DNA of 64,000 nucleotides from an uncultured delta proteobacterium. GTDB lineage: Bacteria > Myxococcota > Kuafuiibacteriia > Kuafuiibacteriales > Kuafuiibacteriaceae. Position numbers and translations under genes: made by a program. A model generated the notes under the pieces. It was not told where the DNA came from. It searched no databases and saw only the letters and a list, made by a program, of their open reading frames with translations. Below are positions 40,840 through 54,961 of the stretch, one piece after another (the first letter of the stretch is position 1; every line of letters begins with the position of its first letter). The stretch spans positions 12,674 through 76,673 of the forward strand of contig CAWDML010000011.1 in NCBI GenBank assembly GCA_963803435.1. The letters are read 5' to 3'.

Positions 40840-42189
40840 ATGCGTCTCCTCCGGCTGTGGTTCTCGCTCGGTGACCGGGTCACCCGGAGACAGTACGTGC
40901 TCTCGGGTCTCTTCCTGATGGCTTTGAAGTACGGGCTCGACGCTGGGGCGCTTCAGCTCGGCGAGGGCGTTTGGCTCCATCCGATCGACTTCCTGAGCCC
41001 GATCTTCAAGACGCGCGAGGCCCTGCTCGGCCGCGCCCACGAGGGCCTCCTCGCCGCAATGGTGCTCTGGGCGCTCCCCTTCCTCTGGATCGGCGTATCG
41101 ATGTCGATCCGGCGCGCCGTGGACGCTGGGTGGTCGCCGTGGCTGGGGCTGCTCTTCGTGCTGCCGTTCGTGAACATGATCGTGATCGGCGCGCTGGCCC
41201 TGGCACCGTCGTCTCCCCACCGGCGATGGGAGCTCTCGGGCCGGACCGACCCCTCCAGCGAGGACCGGGTCAAGAGTGCGCTGATCGGGGTCGTCGCCGG
41301 CGTCGCGCTGGCGGGCTCGATGGTGGCGGTCAGCGTGCTGCTGTTGAAGGACTACGGATGGGCGCTGTTCTTCGCGACCCCCTTCTTCATCGGCGCGGTC
41401 GCTGCCTACGTGTACAACGCGAACCGGCCGCGGACGGTCTCCTCCTCGGTGGGCGTGGGGGTGGTCGCGGTTCTGGCCGGCTGCGGCGCGCTCCTGCTCT
41501 TCGCGCTCGAGGGTGTCTTCTGCATCGCGATGGCGACCCCGATCGCGATGGTGCCGGCGATCCTGGGAGCGCTCGTGGGGCGGGCGATCGCCGTCCGCAA
41601 GGGCGGCGCCGCCGGACTATTGCCCCTGTTGCTCGCGCTCCCGCTGACCACCGCGATGAGCGCGTCGGCGCCTACTCCGTTGACCGAGCGCGAGGTGGTC
41701 AGCGCGATCGAGATCGATGCGCCGCCGGCCTCGGTGTGGCCCCACGTGATCGGCTTTACCGAGCTCCCCCCGCCGCCCGAGGTGGTGTTCAACCTCGGCA
41801 TCGCGTACCCGATGCGCGCCGTCATCGAAGGTGAAGGTGTCGGCGCGGTGCGGCGATGCGAGTTCTCCACCGGCCCGTTCGTCGAGCCGATCACCCGCTG
41901 GGAGCCGCCTACCCGGCTCTCCTTCGACGTGCGCTCTCAGCCGCCGCCGATGTTCGAGTGGAGCCCGTACCGCCACGTCCACCCGCCGCACCTGGACGGA
42001 TACCTGCGCTCGCGGCGCGGCGAGTTCCGCTTGATCGCGCTGCCGGGCGGACGCACTCGGCTCGAGGGATCGACCTGGTACACGCTCGACCTGGCCCCCA
42101 GCCGCTACTGGGCGCTGTGGTCCGACGCGCTGATCCACCAGATCCACATGCGCGTCCTCCGCCACATCGCGTCGCTATCGGAGCGGTAG
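40840..42189 (+). CDS. DUF805 membrane protein fused to SRPBCC-like domain
   Basis: SIRRAVDAGWSPW, multiple TM helices, SAIEIDAPPASVWPHV...WEPPTRLSF. Confidence 0.8.
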   Translation: MRLLRLWFSLGDRVTRRQYVLSGLFLMALKYGLDAGALQLGEGVWLHPIDFLSPIFKTREALLGRAHEGLLAAMVLWALPFLWIGVSMSIRRAVDAGWSPWLGLLFVLPFVNMIVIGALALAPSSPHRRWELSGRTDPSSEDRVKSALIGVVAGVALAGSMVAVSVLLLKDYGWALFFATPFFIGAVAAYVYNANRPRTVSSSVGVGVVAVLAGCGALLLFALEGVFCIAMATPIAMVPAILGALVGRAIAVRKGGAAGLLPLLLALPLTTAMSASAPTPLTEREVVSAIEIDAPPASVWPHVIGFTELPPPPEVVFNLGIAYPMRAVIEGEGVGAVRRCEFSTGPFVEPITRWEPPTRLSFDVRSQPPPMFEWSPYRHVHPPHLDGYLRSRRGEFRLIALPGGRTRLEGSTWYTLDLAPSRYWALWSDALIHQIHMRVLRHIASLSER

Positions 42190-43020
42190 CCCGGGCGCGG
42201 GCCCCAGGTTGTCGCGCATCCGGCGGCGGAGCGTCTCGATCCCCCTCCGCTCGCCCTCGCGGAGCTTCTGGCGAGCTCGCAGACCCCTCGAACCGGGGAG
42301 GCCGTGCGCCGTCCGCATCGGCCGCAACACGGGCCCGGTCACGTAGATCCGACGATCGCTCCGCTCCTCCAGGTACAGCTCCACGATGCCGACGGGCGGC
42401 TCGGTGACGATGCCCCAGTAGCGGATCCAGACCCGCTCGCCGAGCAAGGTCCGTGTGCTCTCGTCCGGCGCCAGATCGAACGCGACCGGGTCGCCGGTGG
42501 TCGACGTCCCGACGAGCGACACCACCGCGGTCACCGGCTCGTCGAGGGCGCCGTCGTATCCGATCCAGACGTCGATGCTCATCGGCTCCGAGCTGCTGCG
42601 GGCGATGCCGAGCACCGCGACGCCGTTCGGCGACGAGAGCGCGAGCACCGGCTGGTGGGTCGGCGACTGCGCGAGCAGGTACTTGACCAGATTGGACAGG
42701 GGCGAGCCGTCCAGGGGGAAGGCGAACCATCCGTTCGTGGACAGGTCGAAGTTCGGCGTCATCACCAGGTTGTCGTCCGGCGAGGTTCCGAACAGAGAGA
42801 AGTCGGTGAGGTGACGCAGCGGCTCCACGCCGGAGTCTGTCTCGACGCCCGAGTCCGTCTCGACGCCGCCGTCGAGCTCCTCCACGCCGCTGTCGACCAC
42901 ACCGGTATCGACGATGCCCGAGTCGACGGGCGAACCGGTGTCGGGCTTCTCGAGCCCGGTGCTCTTCTTGGAACAGGCGCCCATCAGGGCGGCAACGGCA
43001 ACGATCGCGATGCGCTTCAT
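42175..43020 (-). CDS. Hypothetical lipoprotein
   Basis: MKRIAIVAVAALMGAC lipobox, DSG/DTG low-complexity linker. Confidence 0.75.
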   Translation of the reverse strand: MKRIAIVAVAALMGACSKKSTGLEKPDTGSPVDSGIVDTGVVDSGVEELDGGVETDSGVETDSGVEPLRHLTDFSLFGTSPDDNLVMTPNFDLSTNGWFAFPLDGSPLSNLVKYLLAQSPTHQPVLALSSPNGVAVLGIARSSSEPMSIDVWIGYDGALDEPVTAVVSLVGTSTTGDPVAFDLAPDESTRTLLGERVWIRYWGIVTEPPVGIVELYLEERSDRRIYVTGPVLRPMRTAHGLPGSRGLRARQKLREGERRGIETLRRRMRDNLGPAPGLPLR

Positions 43021-43025
43021 GACGT

Positions 43026-45218
43026 TCACTCCGCGAGCCAGGCGCGTGCGCGCTCCAGCAAGGTGTCGATCCCGTTGACCGCGTCGCTCTGCTTCTGCAG
43101 CACGACCTCATCGGGGCTCACTCCGGTACCGGTGTTGAAGTCGAGGTTCGTGTCCTCCGGGTGCTGGACGAACACGGTGTCCTGCACCTGCACGCTGCCG
43201 CCGATGAGCTCGCCTGCCAGGGCCGGCAGCGACCAGATCACGCCGAAGGCGCCGTACGTGGGCACGGCGCCGAAGATGCGCGTCTCTCCCGATCGGTAGG
43301 TCAAGAGCTTGCTCGTGAAGTCGTTGCCGGAGACGTCGAGGCCCGTGAGCACCGCCAGCTTCTGGCTCTGCGCGAGGCCTTGGCCGGAGACGGTGAAGCT
43401 GCCCAGGATCCACTCATAGGCGTTGCCGCAGTCGCCGAATTGAGCCGCGCTCGTCGAGCAGCGGCGGAGGGCGTTGCGCAGCTCGTCGTCGAGCGGCTGC
43501 GAGAGCTGGGGGATGAGGTCCATCGTGTAGAAGTCGGAGACGCCCAGGTAGCGCGACGCGAGCAGATCGACCGCATCGAGGCTGCCGCCGCCGCCTGTTC
43601 GCTCGTCGAGCACGGAGCGCGTGGGGCCGGTGCCGTCGAGCGCCAAGCCGACGGTGTCGAACCACGCCTGCCCCCCCTCGTTGTACTGTGAGGGGACGCC
43701 GTTGATCAGCAGGTAGCGGACGTCGTCGGTGTCCACGAAGCCGGCGTAGCTGTAGTCGCGGACGCCCTGATCTTCGAGGGGGCGCAGGAAGCGGTAGTCG
43801 CAGGTCTGGAAGTCGAAGCGCCACGCCGGAAGATCGCCGGAATAGATCCCCCTCGTCATCGCGCCCAGGTCGACCTCGACCTGCTGGACGTCGCCCGGCG
43901 CGCAGGGGCCGCCGCTGGGATCGACGACGCTGCAGCGCTCGAACGTCAGCCGCGCGCCGGTCATCAGGGCCGCGTCCATGATCTGGGGCGTCGTGATGAA
44001 CTCGCGGCCGCGCGGGTCGCCGCCGTAGCGGAGGAATCGGGTCGCCGCCGCGCGCCACTGATCCACCGGCGCTCCGTCGATCGCGACGAGCGCGTCCCCG
44101 ATCTGGAGCAGCTGACCCACGGCGTTCGTGTTGGTCTCGAGGATCAGCGGCGCGGCCCCGCCTCCTGGCAGCAGATCCGCTTCGCCTTGGTACATGCAGA
44201 TGCCCGTCGAGACCTGGATCGGATAGGTCGGATAGGGCGCCGAGGCGTGCCCGTCGGCGAGGCTGTCGATCGCCTCGTCGAGCCCGGTCCAATAGCGCAC
44301 GTTGGAGGTCTCGGTGCGGATCGAATCGATCCTGCTCTTGAACGCGCCGATGGTGGCCAGCGGCCCGCGGCCGCCCTCGAGGTTCTCGAACAGAAACGAG
44401 CGGCGAGAGAGATACTGATCGCGGACCGCGAGATTCTCCAGCTTCGGCCCCACCACCGCGGCCGCGTCGGCGCACCGGCCGAACTGACACGCGCCCATCG
44501 GGCCGCAGGCGGTGGCTTCGTCGAGCAGGCTGCAGTCGCCGGCGGGCACCACGGCCGGCCCGAGGTCGTAGATGCCGAGACCGTCGATCGAGACGCGCAC
44601 GGTCGGGTCGAACGTCGAGAGGCCCCGGTACGCGTACTGGATGTGCTCGTCGTAGAAGGTCAGGAACGTCATGTCGACCGCGCCCGCCAACGAGAAGTCC
44701 ACCGGGCCGGTGGTCCACTCCTGCCAGCCGTCGTCGGTGATGCGGCCCGAGGGCTGGAACGGGAGGGCGCCGACGTGCTGGTAGGCGCGCCCGTCTCCGC
44801 CGGAGAGCGCCGAGTCGACGTCGCCGGTGTACCAGCCCAGCTCGATGTTGACCTCGGTTCCCTCGACCCGCTGCCACAGCTTGATCTCCACCCGGCGCCC
44901 TCGCAGTGGCTCTGCGATCGACCGGAGATCCAGGAGCATGTACGACCGATCGCCGCCGAGCTCGAGCGCGCCCAGGCCCTCGATCCCCGCGCGATCGCCC
45001 TGCACGAAGAGCGACTCCAGGTCGGTGATCGGGTTGAACTGCTCGTCGTAGATGAGGACGCCCAGGCCCTCGGGGAAGCTGCTGGGGCCGTCGAATGCCA
45101 GGCCGAAGGTGGCATCGTCGAGGCTCACCATGCCGGTGGCGGGATCGAAGTCGGCACGAGCGAGATGCGGGACCAGGACCAGCGTGATCAGCGAGACAAA
45201 CGATGTTGGGATCCGCAC
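43026..45218 (-). CDS. Secreted S41-like peptidase with PDZ-like domain
   Basis: Signal peptide, LQIGDALVAIDG, VLDERTGGGG, DVSGNDF, TYGAFG, GVSPDEVV. Confidence 0.65.
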   Translation of the reverse strand: MRIPTSFVSLITLVLVPHLARADFDPATGMVSLDDATFGLAFDGPSSFPEGLGVLIYDEQFNPITDLESLFVQGDRAGIEGLGALELGGDRSYMLLDLRSIAEPLRGRRVEIKLWQRVEGTEVNIELGWYTGDVDSALSGGDGRAYQHVGALPFQPSGRITDDGWQEWTTGPVDFSLAGAVDMTFLTFYDEHIQYAYRGLSTFDPTVRVSIDGLGIYDLGPAVVPAGDCSLLDEATACGPMGACQFGRCADAAAVVGPKLENLAVRDQYLSRRSFLFENLEGGRGPLATIGAFKSRIDSIRTETSNVRYWTGLDEAIDSLADGHASAPYPTYPIQVSTGICMYQGEADLLPGGGAAPLILETNTNAVGQLLQIGDALVAIDGAPVDQWRAAATRFLRYGGDPRGREFITTPQIMDAALMTGARLTFERCSVVDPSGGPCAPGDVQQVEVDLGAMTRGIYSGDLPAWRFDFQTCDYRFLRPLEDQGVRDYSYAGFVDTDDVRYLLINGVPSQYNEGGQAWFDTVGLALDGTGPTRSVLDERTGGGGSLDAVDLLASRYLGVSDFYTMDLIPQLSQPLDDELRNALRRCSTSAAQFGDCGNAYEWILGSFTVSGQGLAQSQKLAVLTGLDVSGNDFTSKLLTYRSGETRIFGAVPTYGAFGVIWSLPALAGELIGGSVQVQDTVFVQHPEDTNLDFNTGTGVSPDEVVLQKQSDAVNGIDTLLERARAWLAE

Positions 45219-45306
45219 AGCGGCCGTCGAGGCAGCAAGGGGTGTGCCGGTGGCGGTCTGGTATCTTGCGAACTCCGCTCGATGACCGAGGGACAGAGTG
45301 TCGAGG

Positions 45307-46211
45307 TCAGAAGCGGAGCACCGCCGCCAGCATCAGGAGCGCGATCGAGCAGGTGACGAGCAGGTTGAACGAGCGCGCGGCGCTGTGCTCACCCTCGGTG
45401 TGCGCCGCCATGCCCGGGCGCGGGAGCAGCCGCTTGAAGAAGCCCACGTAGGCCGGCTGGAGCTCGAGCAAGAGCGGCGCTTCGTCCAGCTGCTCCAGCT
45501 GGATGCGCCGCACGCGCACCGGCGGCGGCGGCGTGGGGAAGGCCGCTCGCGGCGCCGCCGGTGGCGTGATCCGGTGGGGCGGCGGTGGGGGAGGCGAACC
45601 GGTACCGCCGCGGGGGAGGGCGGCTGCTTGGCAAGTCGCCTTGCATTGCGCATCAGCAGCTGGCTGAGCTCGACCAGCGCGTGGAGATCGGGACCCGCGT
45701 CGATCGGCCCGCCCTTGCCCGAGATCCGATGAGCCATCGCCCGTGCGCAGAGGTCCGGGATCACGACCTGGCCCTCGGCGTCGATGAGAACGTTGTCCGC
45801 GGTGAGCGCCCCGTGCGCGAGGCCGGCGGAGTGGGCGCACTGGAGCGCGTTGCGGATGCCGTTGATCGCGCGGAGGGCCTGACTCGACGAGAGCGCGCCA
45901 GCGTCGACGATCGCGCGCAAGGAGCGCCCCTCGACGCGCTCGGTGACCAGGTAGGGCCGCACCATGAAGCGGCCGTAGTCGACCACCTCGGGGAACGCGT
46001 CGTGCGAGAAGCGGCAGAGCTGTCGGCCGGCCGCGTCGAAGACGGCGAGGACGGGATCGCCCTCCATCAGCGCGGTCCGCAGGAGGTACAGCGTCACCTT
46101 CGGGCCGGGTGCGATCGGCTCGGCGATGTAGACGTCGACCTGCCTGCCCAGCTGGAGCGGCTCCGAGATCCGATAGGCCGCGTCGATGATGGTACCGGTC
46201 GGGAGCTCCAT
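45307..46211 (-). CDS. Ser/Thr pseudokinase with Pro-rich linker and C-terminal TM (frameshift near 45590)
   Basis: Kinase fold (PYLVTERVEGRSL, NVLI) but VTLY, HGA and DLC replace VAIK, HRD and DFG. Confidence 0.7.
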
Positions 46212-46358
46212 GGCGCGGCAACAGACGCAAGACCGGGACCCGCCGTCCACAGCTCCGATCTCGCGGGTGGGCCGGGGCGTTCCCGACCAACTTGTGCCCT
46301 CCCGGGACAGGGCGGGGAGGCTTGACCGAGCCGCCGATTCCGTCGATGCCGGCCCGGC

Positions 46359-47333
46359 ATGCTCCGCCTGATGATGCTGTTCCTCCAGGCGTTCTTCCAC
46401 ACCTCGATTGGCCGCCTCCGCCGCGGACCCCTGCGGCCGTCGTGGAGCTTTCGCTTCGAGTGGGTGGTGACCGGCCTTCGCCGAGACTGGGACGAGATGC
46501 ACCGGTGGCCGGCGTTCCGCATCCGCGAGGAGCTCGAAGGACGTGAGCTCCCCAAGACGCACTCGAGGCGCGTGAAGCGGTCACCCGAGACGATTGGCGG
46601 CGTCCCCGGAGAGTGGTTCGATCCTCCGGCCGCGGCCGCGGACTCCCTCCTGATCTACCTCCACGGGGGCTCCTACCTCTTCGGCAGCACACACACACAC
46701 GCCGAGATCATCGCGCGGATGGCCCTCACCACCGGGATGCGCACGTTCGCGCCCAACTACCGACTCGCGCCCGAGCATCCTTACCCGGCCCAGCTCGAGG
46801 ATGCGCGTGCAATCTACCTTGCATTCCTGGCGCGCCCGCTCCCCGCCGACCGCATCGTGCTCGCCGGCGAGTCCGCGGGCGGCAATCTGATCCTCTCCAC
46901 GTTGATCGCGCTGCGCGAGGCCGGTGACCCGCTGCCGGCCGCGGCGGCCGTGTTCTCGCCCTGGTCGGATCTGTCGTCCGCACAGCCGTCGATCGAGTCG
47001 AACGCCGACTTCGACTTCGGCACGAGGTCGATGCTGATCGATCAGGCCCGACAGTTCGCCGGCGCGCTCCCGCTCGACGATCCTCGGATCTCGCCGCTCT
47101 TTGCCGATCTCGGCGGGCTCTGCCCGCTCCGCATCCACGCGGGAGAGTCCGAGCTCCTCTTCGACGAGTGCCGCCAGCTCGCGGAGCGTGCCCGCGACGC
47201 CGGGTCCGACGTCACCTTCGAGGCGCTGCGGGACATGCCTCACGCCGCCGAGCTCCTCGCCGACTTCTCGCCGGTGGGCGCTGCCGCGCTGGAGCGGGCC
47301 GGAGCCTGGCTGCGGGCCCGTGCGCTCGACTGA
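46359..47333 (+). CDS. Alpha/beta hydrolase, HSL-family esterase
   Basis: HGGSY, YRLAPEHPYPA, GESAGG, MPH. Confidence 0.9.
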   Translation: MLRLMMLFLQAFFHTSIGRLRRGPLRPSWSFRFEWVVTGLRRDWDEMHRWPAFRIREELEGRELPKTHSRRVKRSPETIGGVPGEWFDPPAAAADSLLIYLHGGSYLFGSTHTHAEIIARMALTTGMRTFAPNYRLAPEHPYPAQLEDARAIYLAFLARPLPADRIVLAGESAGGNLILSTLIALREAGDPLPAAAAVFSPWSDLSSAQPSIESNADFDFGTRSMLIDQARQFAGALPLDDPRISPLFADLGGLCPLRIHAGESELLFDECRQLAERARDAGSDVTFEALRDMPHAAELLADFSPVGAAALERAGAWLRARALD

Positions 47334-47336
47334 ACC

Positions 47337-50289
<2,953 letters not shown>

Positions 50290-50296
50290 CGCCTCA

Positions 50297-53252
50297 GTGA
50301 ATCGGTCCTTCGAGGAAAGCTGGTACCTCCGCTTCCACGGCTTGATGCCGTTCCGGGTGCGGACGATCCTCCTGGTCTCCTCGCCGTACGACGCGTTCAC
50401 CATGGAAGAGGACGGGGGCCTCATGACCCGTCTCTTCCAGGAGTACTCCGAGCTCAACCTGTCGGAGCTACCGACCATCATCCGCGCCTACAACTCCGTC
50501 ATGGCGATCGAGCTGCTGCGGAAGCGGAGGTTCGATCTGGTCATCACGATGGTGAACCTCCCCGACGGTGACGCGCTCAGCTTCGCCGCCGCCGTGAAGG
50601 CGGAGTTCCCGGCGCTCCCCCTGGTGCTCTTCGCCTTCACAGACGGAGAGCTGGCGCACTTCGGCACCCGCCCGGCCGGGTTCGACGCCGTCTTTCTCTG
50701 GACCGGAGATCCGAGCGTGCTGATCGCGGCGATCAAGCTGATCGAGGACAGCAGGAACCTCGACAACGACACGGCCTCCGGCGTGCGGGTGGTGGTGGTG
50801 GTCGAGGACTCGGTCCGCCACTACTCGATGTTCCTCACGCTGCTCTATCTCGAGCTGATCCGACAGGCGGGTTCGCTGATGGCCGAGGGCATCAATGACC
50901 TGCACAAGCGCATGCGGATGCGCGCGCGTCCCAAGATCCTCCTGGCGGTCAACTTCGAGGAGGCGGTCCGCGCGCTCGAGGACAACCGCCACAACCTGCT
51001 CGCGGTGATCTCGGACGTTCGGTTTCCGCGCGGCGGTCAGATCGATCCGGAGGCGGGCTTCGAGCTGGTGGCCTGGGCGCGGCGCTTCACGATGCCCGAC
51101 CTGCCGATCCTGCTCCAGTCCGCCGAGCCCGGTGCCGCGTCCAGGGCCGACCAGCTCGACGTCGCGTTCGCCAACAAGGGCTCGCCGAACATCCTCCGAA
51201 ACATCCGCGACTTCCTGCGCGACGATCTCGGCTTCGGGGACTTCATCTTTCGTCTCCCGAATCGGGCGGAGGTCGGTCGCGCCAGCGACATGTACGAGAT
51301 GGAGCACATCCTCCCCGAGATCCCGGACGCGTCGCTGATCTTTCATGCGGAGCGCAATCACTTCTCTGCGTGGTTGATGGCGCGAGGGATGTTCATGCTC
51401 TCGAGCGAGCTGCGCCCGCGGCGCGTCGAGGAGTTCGAGAACGCGGAGGGGCTCCGCCAGCACCTCTTGAGCGTGCTGCGCTCGGCGAGGCGGCAGGAGC
51501 ACGTCGGTGCCATCGCGGACTTCACGGCGCTCAAGCAGGAGACCGATCGCCCGTTCATCCGCCTCGGCACCGGCTCGATCGGCGGCAAGGGGAGGGCGAT
51601 CGCCTTCGTCAACTCGATCCTCAAGCCACAACGTCTCAACGATCGATTCGACAACCTGGCGATTCACGTCCAGCAGACGGTCGCGATCGGCGTGGAGGAG
51701 TTCGAGCGCTTCATCGACGAGAACAGCCTCTCTGACGTCATGAGAGATCCGCCGAGCGACCGCGAGATCCGGCGCCGCTTCCTCGAGGCGAGGCTGACAC
51801 CGGACCTGGAAGACCGGCTCCACCTGGCGTGTCTCGGCATGACCAAGCCGCTGGCGGTGCGGTCGTCGAGCATCCTCGAGGACTCACGCTCGAAGCCGTT
51901 CGCTGGGATCTACGCCACGTACATGCTGCCCAACAATCACGCGGACCCCGCGGTGCGGGCGCGCGAGCTCTGCCAGGCGGTGAAGGCGGTCTACGCGTCG
52001 ACCTACTGCGAGAACGCGCGCGCGTACATGGCCAACACGCCGCATACGATCGAGGAAGAGCGGATGGGGATCGCGATCCAGGAGGTGGTGGGACGCCGCC
52101 ACGGCGATCGCTTCTATCCAGACTTTGCGGGCGTCGCGTATTCTTACAACTACTATCCTGTTGCAGGACAGGTTGCGGAGGAGGGCGTGGTGTCAGTCGC
52201 GCTGGGGCTGGGGCGGACCGTCGTCGACGGCGGCCAGGCGCTCCAGTTCTCGCCGCCGCGCTCGCGGATCCTCCCGCAGTTCGTGTCGGCGCGGGACTTC
52301 CTCGAGTTCGGACAGTCGCGCTTCTACGCGATCGAATCTCTCGTGCTCGACCACCGACTTCCTGGGCGGCGAGTCCCTCCTCGGCCTGTACGAGCTCCGC
52401 GACGCCGAGGAGGACGGCACCCTCGCCACCGTCGGAAGCGTGTACAGCCCCGAGGACGACACCATCCGCGACAACCTGCGCTTGCCCGGACCGCGCGTGG
52501 TCACGTTCAACAACGTTCTCCGCTGGGAGTGCGTCCCGCTGGCCGAGGCGCTGGAGCAGCTCCTCGACGTGATGCGGCGGGGCTTCGGCCACGGCGTCGA
52601 GATGGAGTTCGCGGTCGACATGGGCGAGCCCGGCGGACAGCCGATGCTCTCGGTCCTCCAGGTGCGCCCGCAAGCGGAGAGCTTCAGCGGTGCGGTCCCT
52701 CAGGCGCCCGATCTCCCCGACGAGGCCTTCCTCTGTCGCACCGACGTCGCGCTCGGCCACGGGAAGATCGACGGGCTCTTCGACATCGTCTACGTGATGC
52801 CGCGCCTCAAGGAGCACGGCACCGTCCGGCAGGCCTCCGCGCAGGTCGGCGAGCTCAACGAGCGGCTGCGCAAGGAGGGACGATCGTACCTCCTGATCGG
52901 ACCCGGCCGCTGGGGATCGTCGGATCCGCGCCTCGGCATCCCGGTGGTGTGGTCCCAGATCTCGGGCGCCAAGGTGATCGTGGAGACGCGGTTCGACGGA
53001 CGTCCGGTGGAGCCGTCGCAGGGGAGCCACTTCTTCCACAACGTGCTGTCGATGGAGGTCGGGTATCTGACGCTGTCGCTCGCCGAGCAATTCCTCGGCG
53101 ATCGGGTGGTGTATCTCGACGACACCTGGCTCCAGCGCCAGACGCCGGCGCACGATCTCGGCTGCGTACGGCACCTCCGGCTCGCGCGACCTGTCGACGT
53201 ATATCTCGACGGGCGCGCCGGAAAGGCCGCGATCGTGAAGCCGGAGCCCTGA
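50297..53252 (+). CDS. Receiver-like plus PEP/pyruvate-binding (PPDK_N) domain protein (frameshift at 52334-52338)
   Basis: ILLVSSPYDAF, GSIGGKGR, PLAVRSSSILEDS, FAGIYATY, IGPGRWGSSD, PSQGSHFF; common gdhA neighbour. Confidence 0.88.
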
Positions 53253-53325
53253 TGTTGGACGGACGGTCGGCGAGGAACGGCGGCGCCCGGTTGACCGGCG
53301 GCGCCCGTGAGGCGATCAGAACGTG

Positions 53326-53937
53326 ATGCGGCTCGGCGCGTGGTTGGGGCTCGGCGTGCTCGCGATCGCCGCGTGCGGCAAGGACGGGCTGCGCGGCGCC
53401 CCGGGTCAGCAGGGCCTGGCCGGTGATCCGGGCCCCGCCGGCTCCAAGGGATCGCAGGGCCCTCAGGGTCCGACCGGACTCGACGGTCTCCCCGGTCGAA
53501 ACGGCGGCACGCCGATGTTGGTCTCGAACCGCGTCGCCTTCCACCTCGACACGGCCGCGGGCACCGCCGTCGCCGAGGTCGCCCGCTTCACTGTCACCGC
53601 GCCCCAGACCGGCTATCTGGCGCTCCGCGCCCACGTCCAGGGCGTCGTCACCAAACCGACCGCCCGCGTCTGCAGCACGGCCCGCGTGGGCCTTCGCATC
53701 GATCGCGACGTCAACCAGCTCGTCTCCCAGAACGTCGGCGTCTTCGACGCCCCCACGTTCGACGCGCTCGGGACGCCCGTCGCCACCACCCTCGCCGGCA
53801 GCCGCGCCGTCGTCGCCAACCAGGCCGTCATCGTCCGCATCGAGGCCCAACGCCTCGAGTGCCGCCCCGGCGAATCACCCGGCACCGCCGACCTCGAGGT
53901 CCAGCTCGAGGGCGCCTTCCACCTCCGCACGCTCTGA
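53326..53937 (+). CDS. Collagen-like lipoprotein
   Basis: Lipobox IAAC followed by about 14 Gly-X-Y triplets and a beta-rich globular tail. Confidence 0.8.
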   Translation: MRLGAWLGLGVLAIAACGKDGLRGAPGQQGLAGDPGPAGSKGSQGPQGPTGLDGLPGRNGGTPMLVSNRVAFHLDTAAGTAVAEVARFTVTAPQTGYLALRAHVQGVVTKPTARVCSTARVGLRIDRDVNQLVSQNVGVFDAPTFDALGTPVATTLAGSRAVVANQAVIVRIEAQRLECRPGESPGTADLEVQLEGAFHLRTL

Positions 53938-53966
53938 TCGCCGTTTCCGCGGCGATGACGTGCTGC

Positions 53967-53994
53967 GTCGAACCTCGGACGACCGAGGGTCGAC
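53967..53994. terminator. GC-rich hairpin downstream of collagen-like gene
   Basis: GTCGA-A-CCTCGG-acga-CCGAGG-G-TCGAC; no U-tract. Confidence 0.35.
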
Positions 53995-54440
53995 CGTCGA
54001 CTTGGAGAGGCCGGGCGTTCTGGAGTAGCGTCGAACCCCGATGGCCATCAAGCCCCTCAACCGCAAGGCCGAAGCGCTCATGGCCCGCGCGCCGGACGAC
54101 GTCCAACCGTACAACTTCGGCGATTGCTGTCCTGGGTTCTTGCCGGGGTGGGAGGTAGGAGAGCCCGGAAATGCTGATCCGTGCGGCGGCGGTTGGCAAG
54201 CATGACCTTCCCGCGTGCCATCCGTGCTACTGGACCGGGAGCGTTCCCGACAGCACCGACTTCCCCGGTTGGTTGGACAGTTGTGCCAATGTCAGCCAAG
54301 ACTGGCAGAATCTCTGCACCGTTCCAGATTGATCGACTCTAGGATCGCTCACTCCCTACGAAGCGGCTTCTGACCCTCGGTTGGAAACCGTTCGAAGCAC
54401 AACTTCCCGCTGCCTATGCGCGACAAACTTTGGCGCCGAG

Positions 54441-54502
54441 GCCATCGCTCCTACGGCGGTCACCGTCACGGTCACCGTCGCGGTCACTAACCTCGGTCAC
54501 GG
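54441..54502. repeat. Left arm of 62-bp imperfect inverted repeat (GTCACC-type hexamers)
   Basis: Reverse complement matches 54962-55023 at 50/62 positions without gaps (manual alignment). Confidence 0.9.
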
Positions 54503-54531
54503 AATGCGAAGACTCGTCTCACGGAGTACGA

Positions 54532-54939
54532 ATGACTGCAGATACGACGGGCTCGACCAACGGACGCAAGCGTAACGGCCTCCACCAGCTGGATGTCTAT
54601 CGCTGCGCGCTGGATCTCTATCGACGGATCACGCAGATGGTCGCCACCTTCCCCCGCGGTGAGGCAGATCTCCGAGCCCAGATGAAGCGCTCCGCACGCA
54701 GCGTGCCGTTCAACATAGGGGAGGGTGTGGGTAAGCGTGGCGCTGCTCGCGCAGCCGCGTTTGAGGTGTCGCTCGGCGAAGCGAAGGAGCTCATCGTGGC
54801 CCTGGATTGCGTTGAGATCGATCGGCTGGCCGTCGTCGAAGACATCATTGCGGCTCAGGACCTTGCGGATCGGATCTCGGCGATGCTGACCAAGCTCATT
54901 CGAGCCACGCGCGATGAAGCAGACTCTCGTGATCCGTGA
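54532..54939 (+). CDS. Four-helix-bundle protein (23S rRNA IVP/Avd-like family)
   Basis: LDVYRCALDL, FPRGE, LRAQMKRSARSVPFNIGEG, SLGEAKE, RISAMLTKLI; GGAG RBS. Confidence 0.88.
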   Translation: MTADTTGSTNGRKRNGLHQLDVYRCALDLYRRITQMVATFPRGEADLRAQMKRSARSVPFNIGEGVGKRGAARAAAFEVSLGEAKELIVALDCVEIDRLAVVEDIIAAQDLADRISAMLTKLIRATRDEADSRDP

Positions 54940-54961
54940 ACGGCTGTCCGCGGCTCGAGTA

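Noticed and set aside
54532-54939. Diversity-generating retroelement (Avd-like gene)
   Set aside because: No reverse transcriptase and no TR/VR pair differing at adenines was seen in the window
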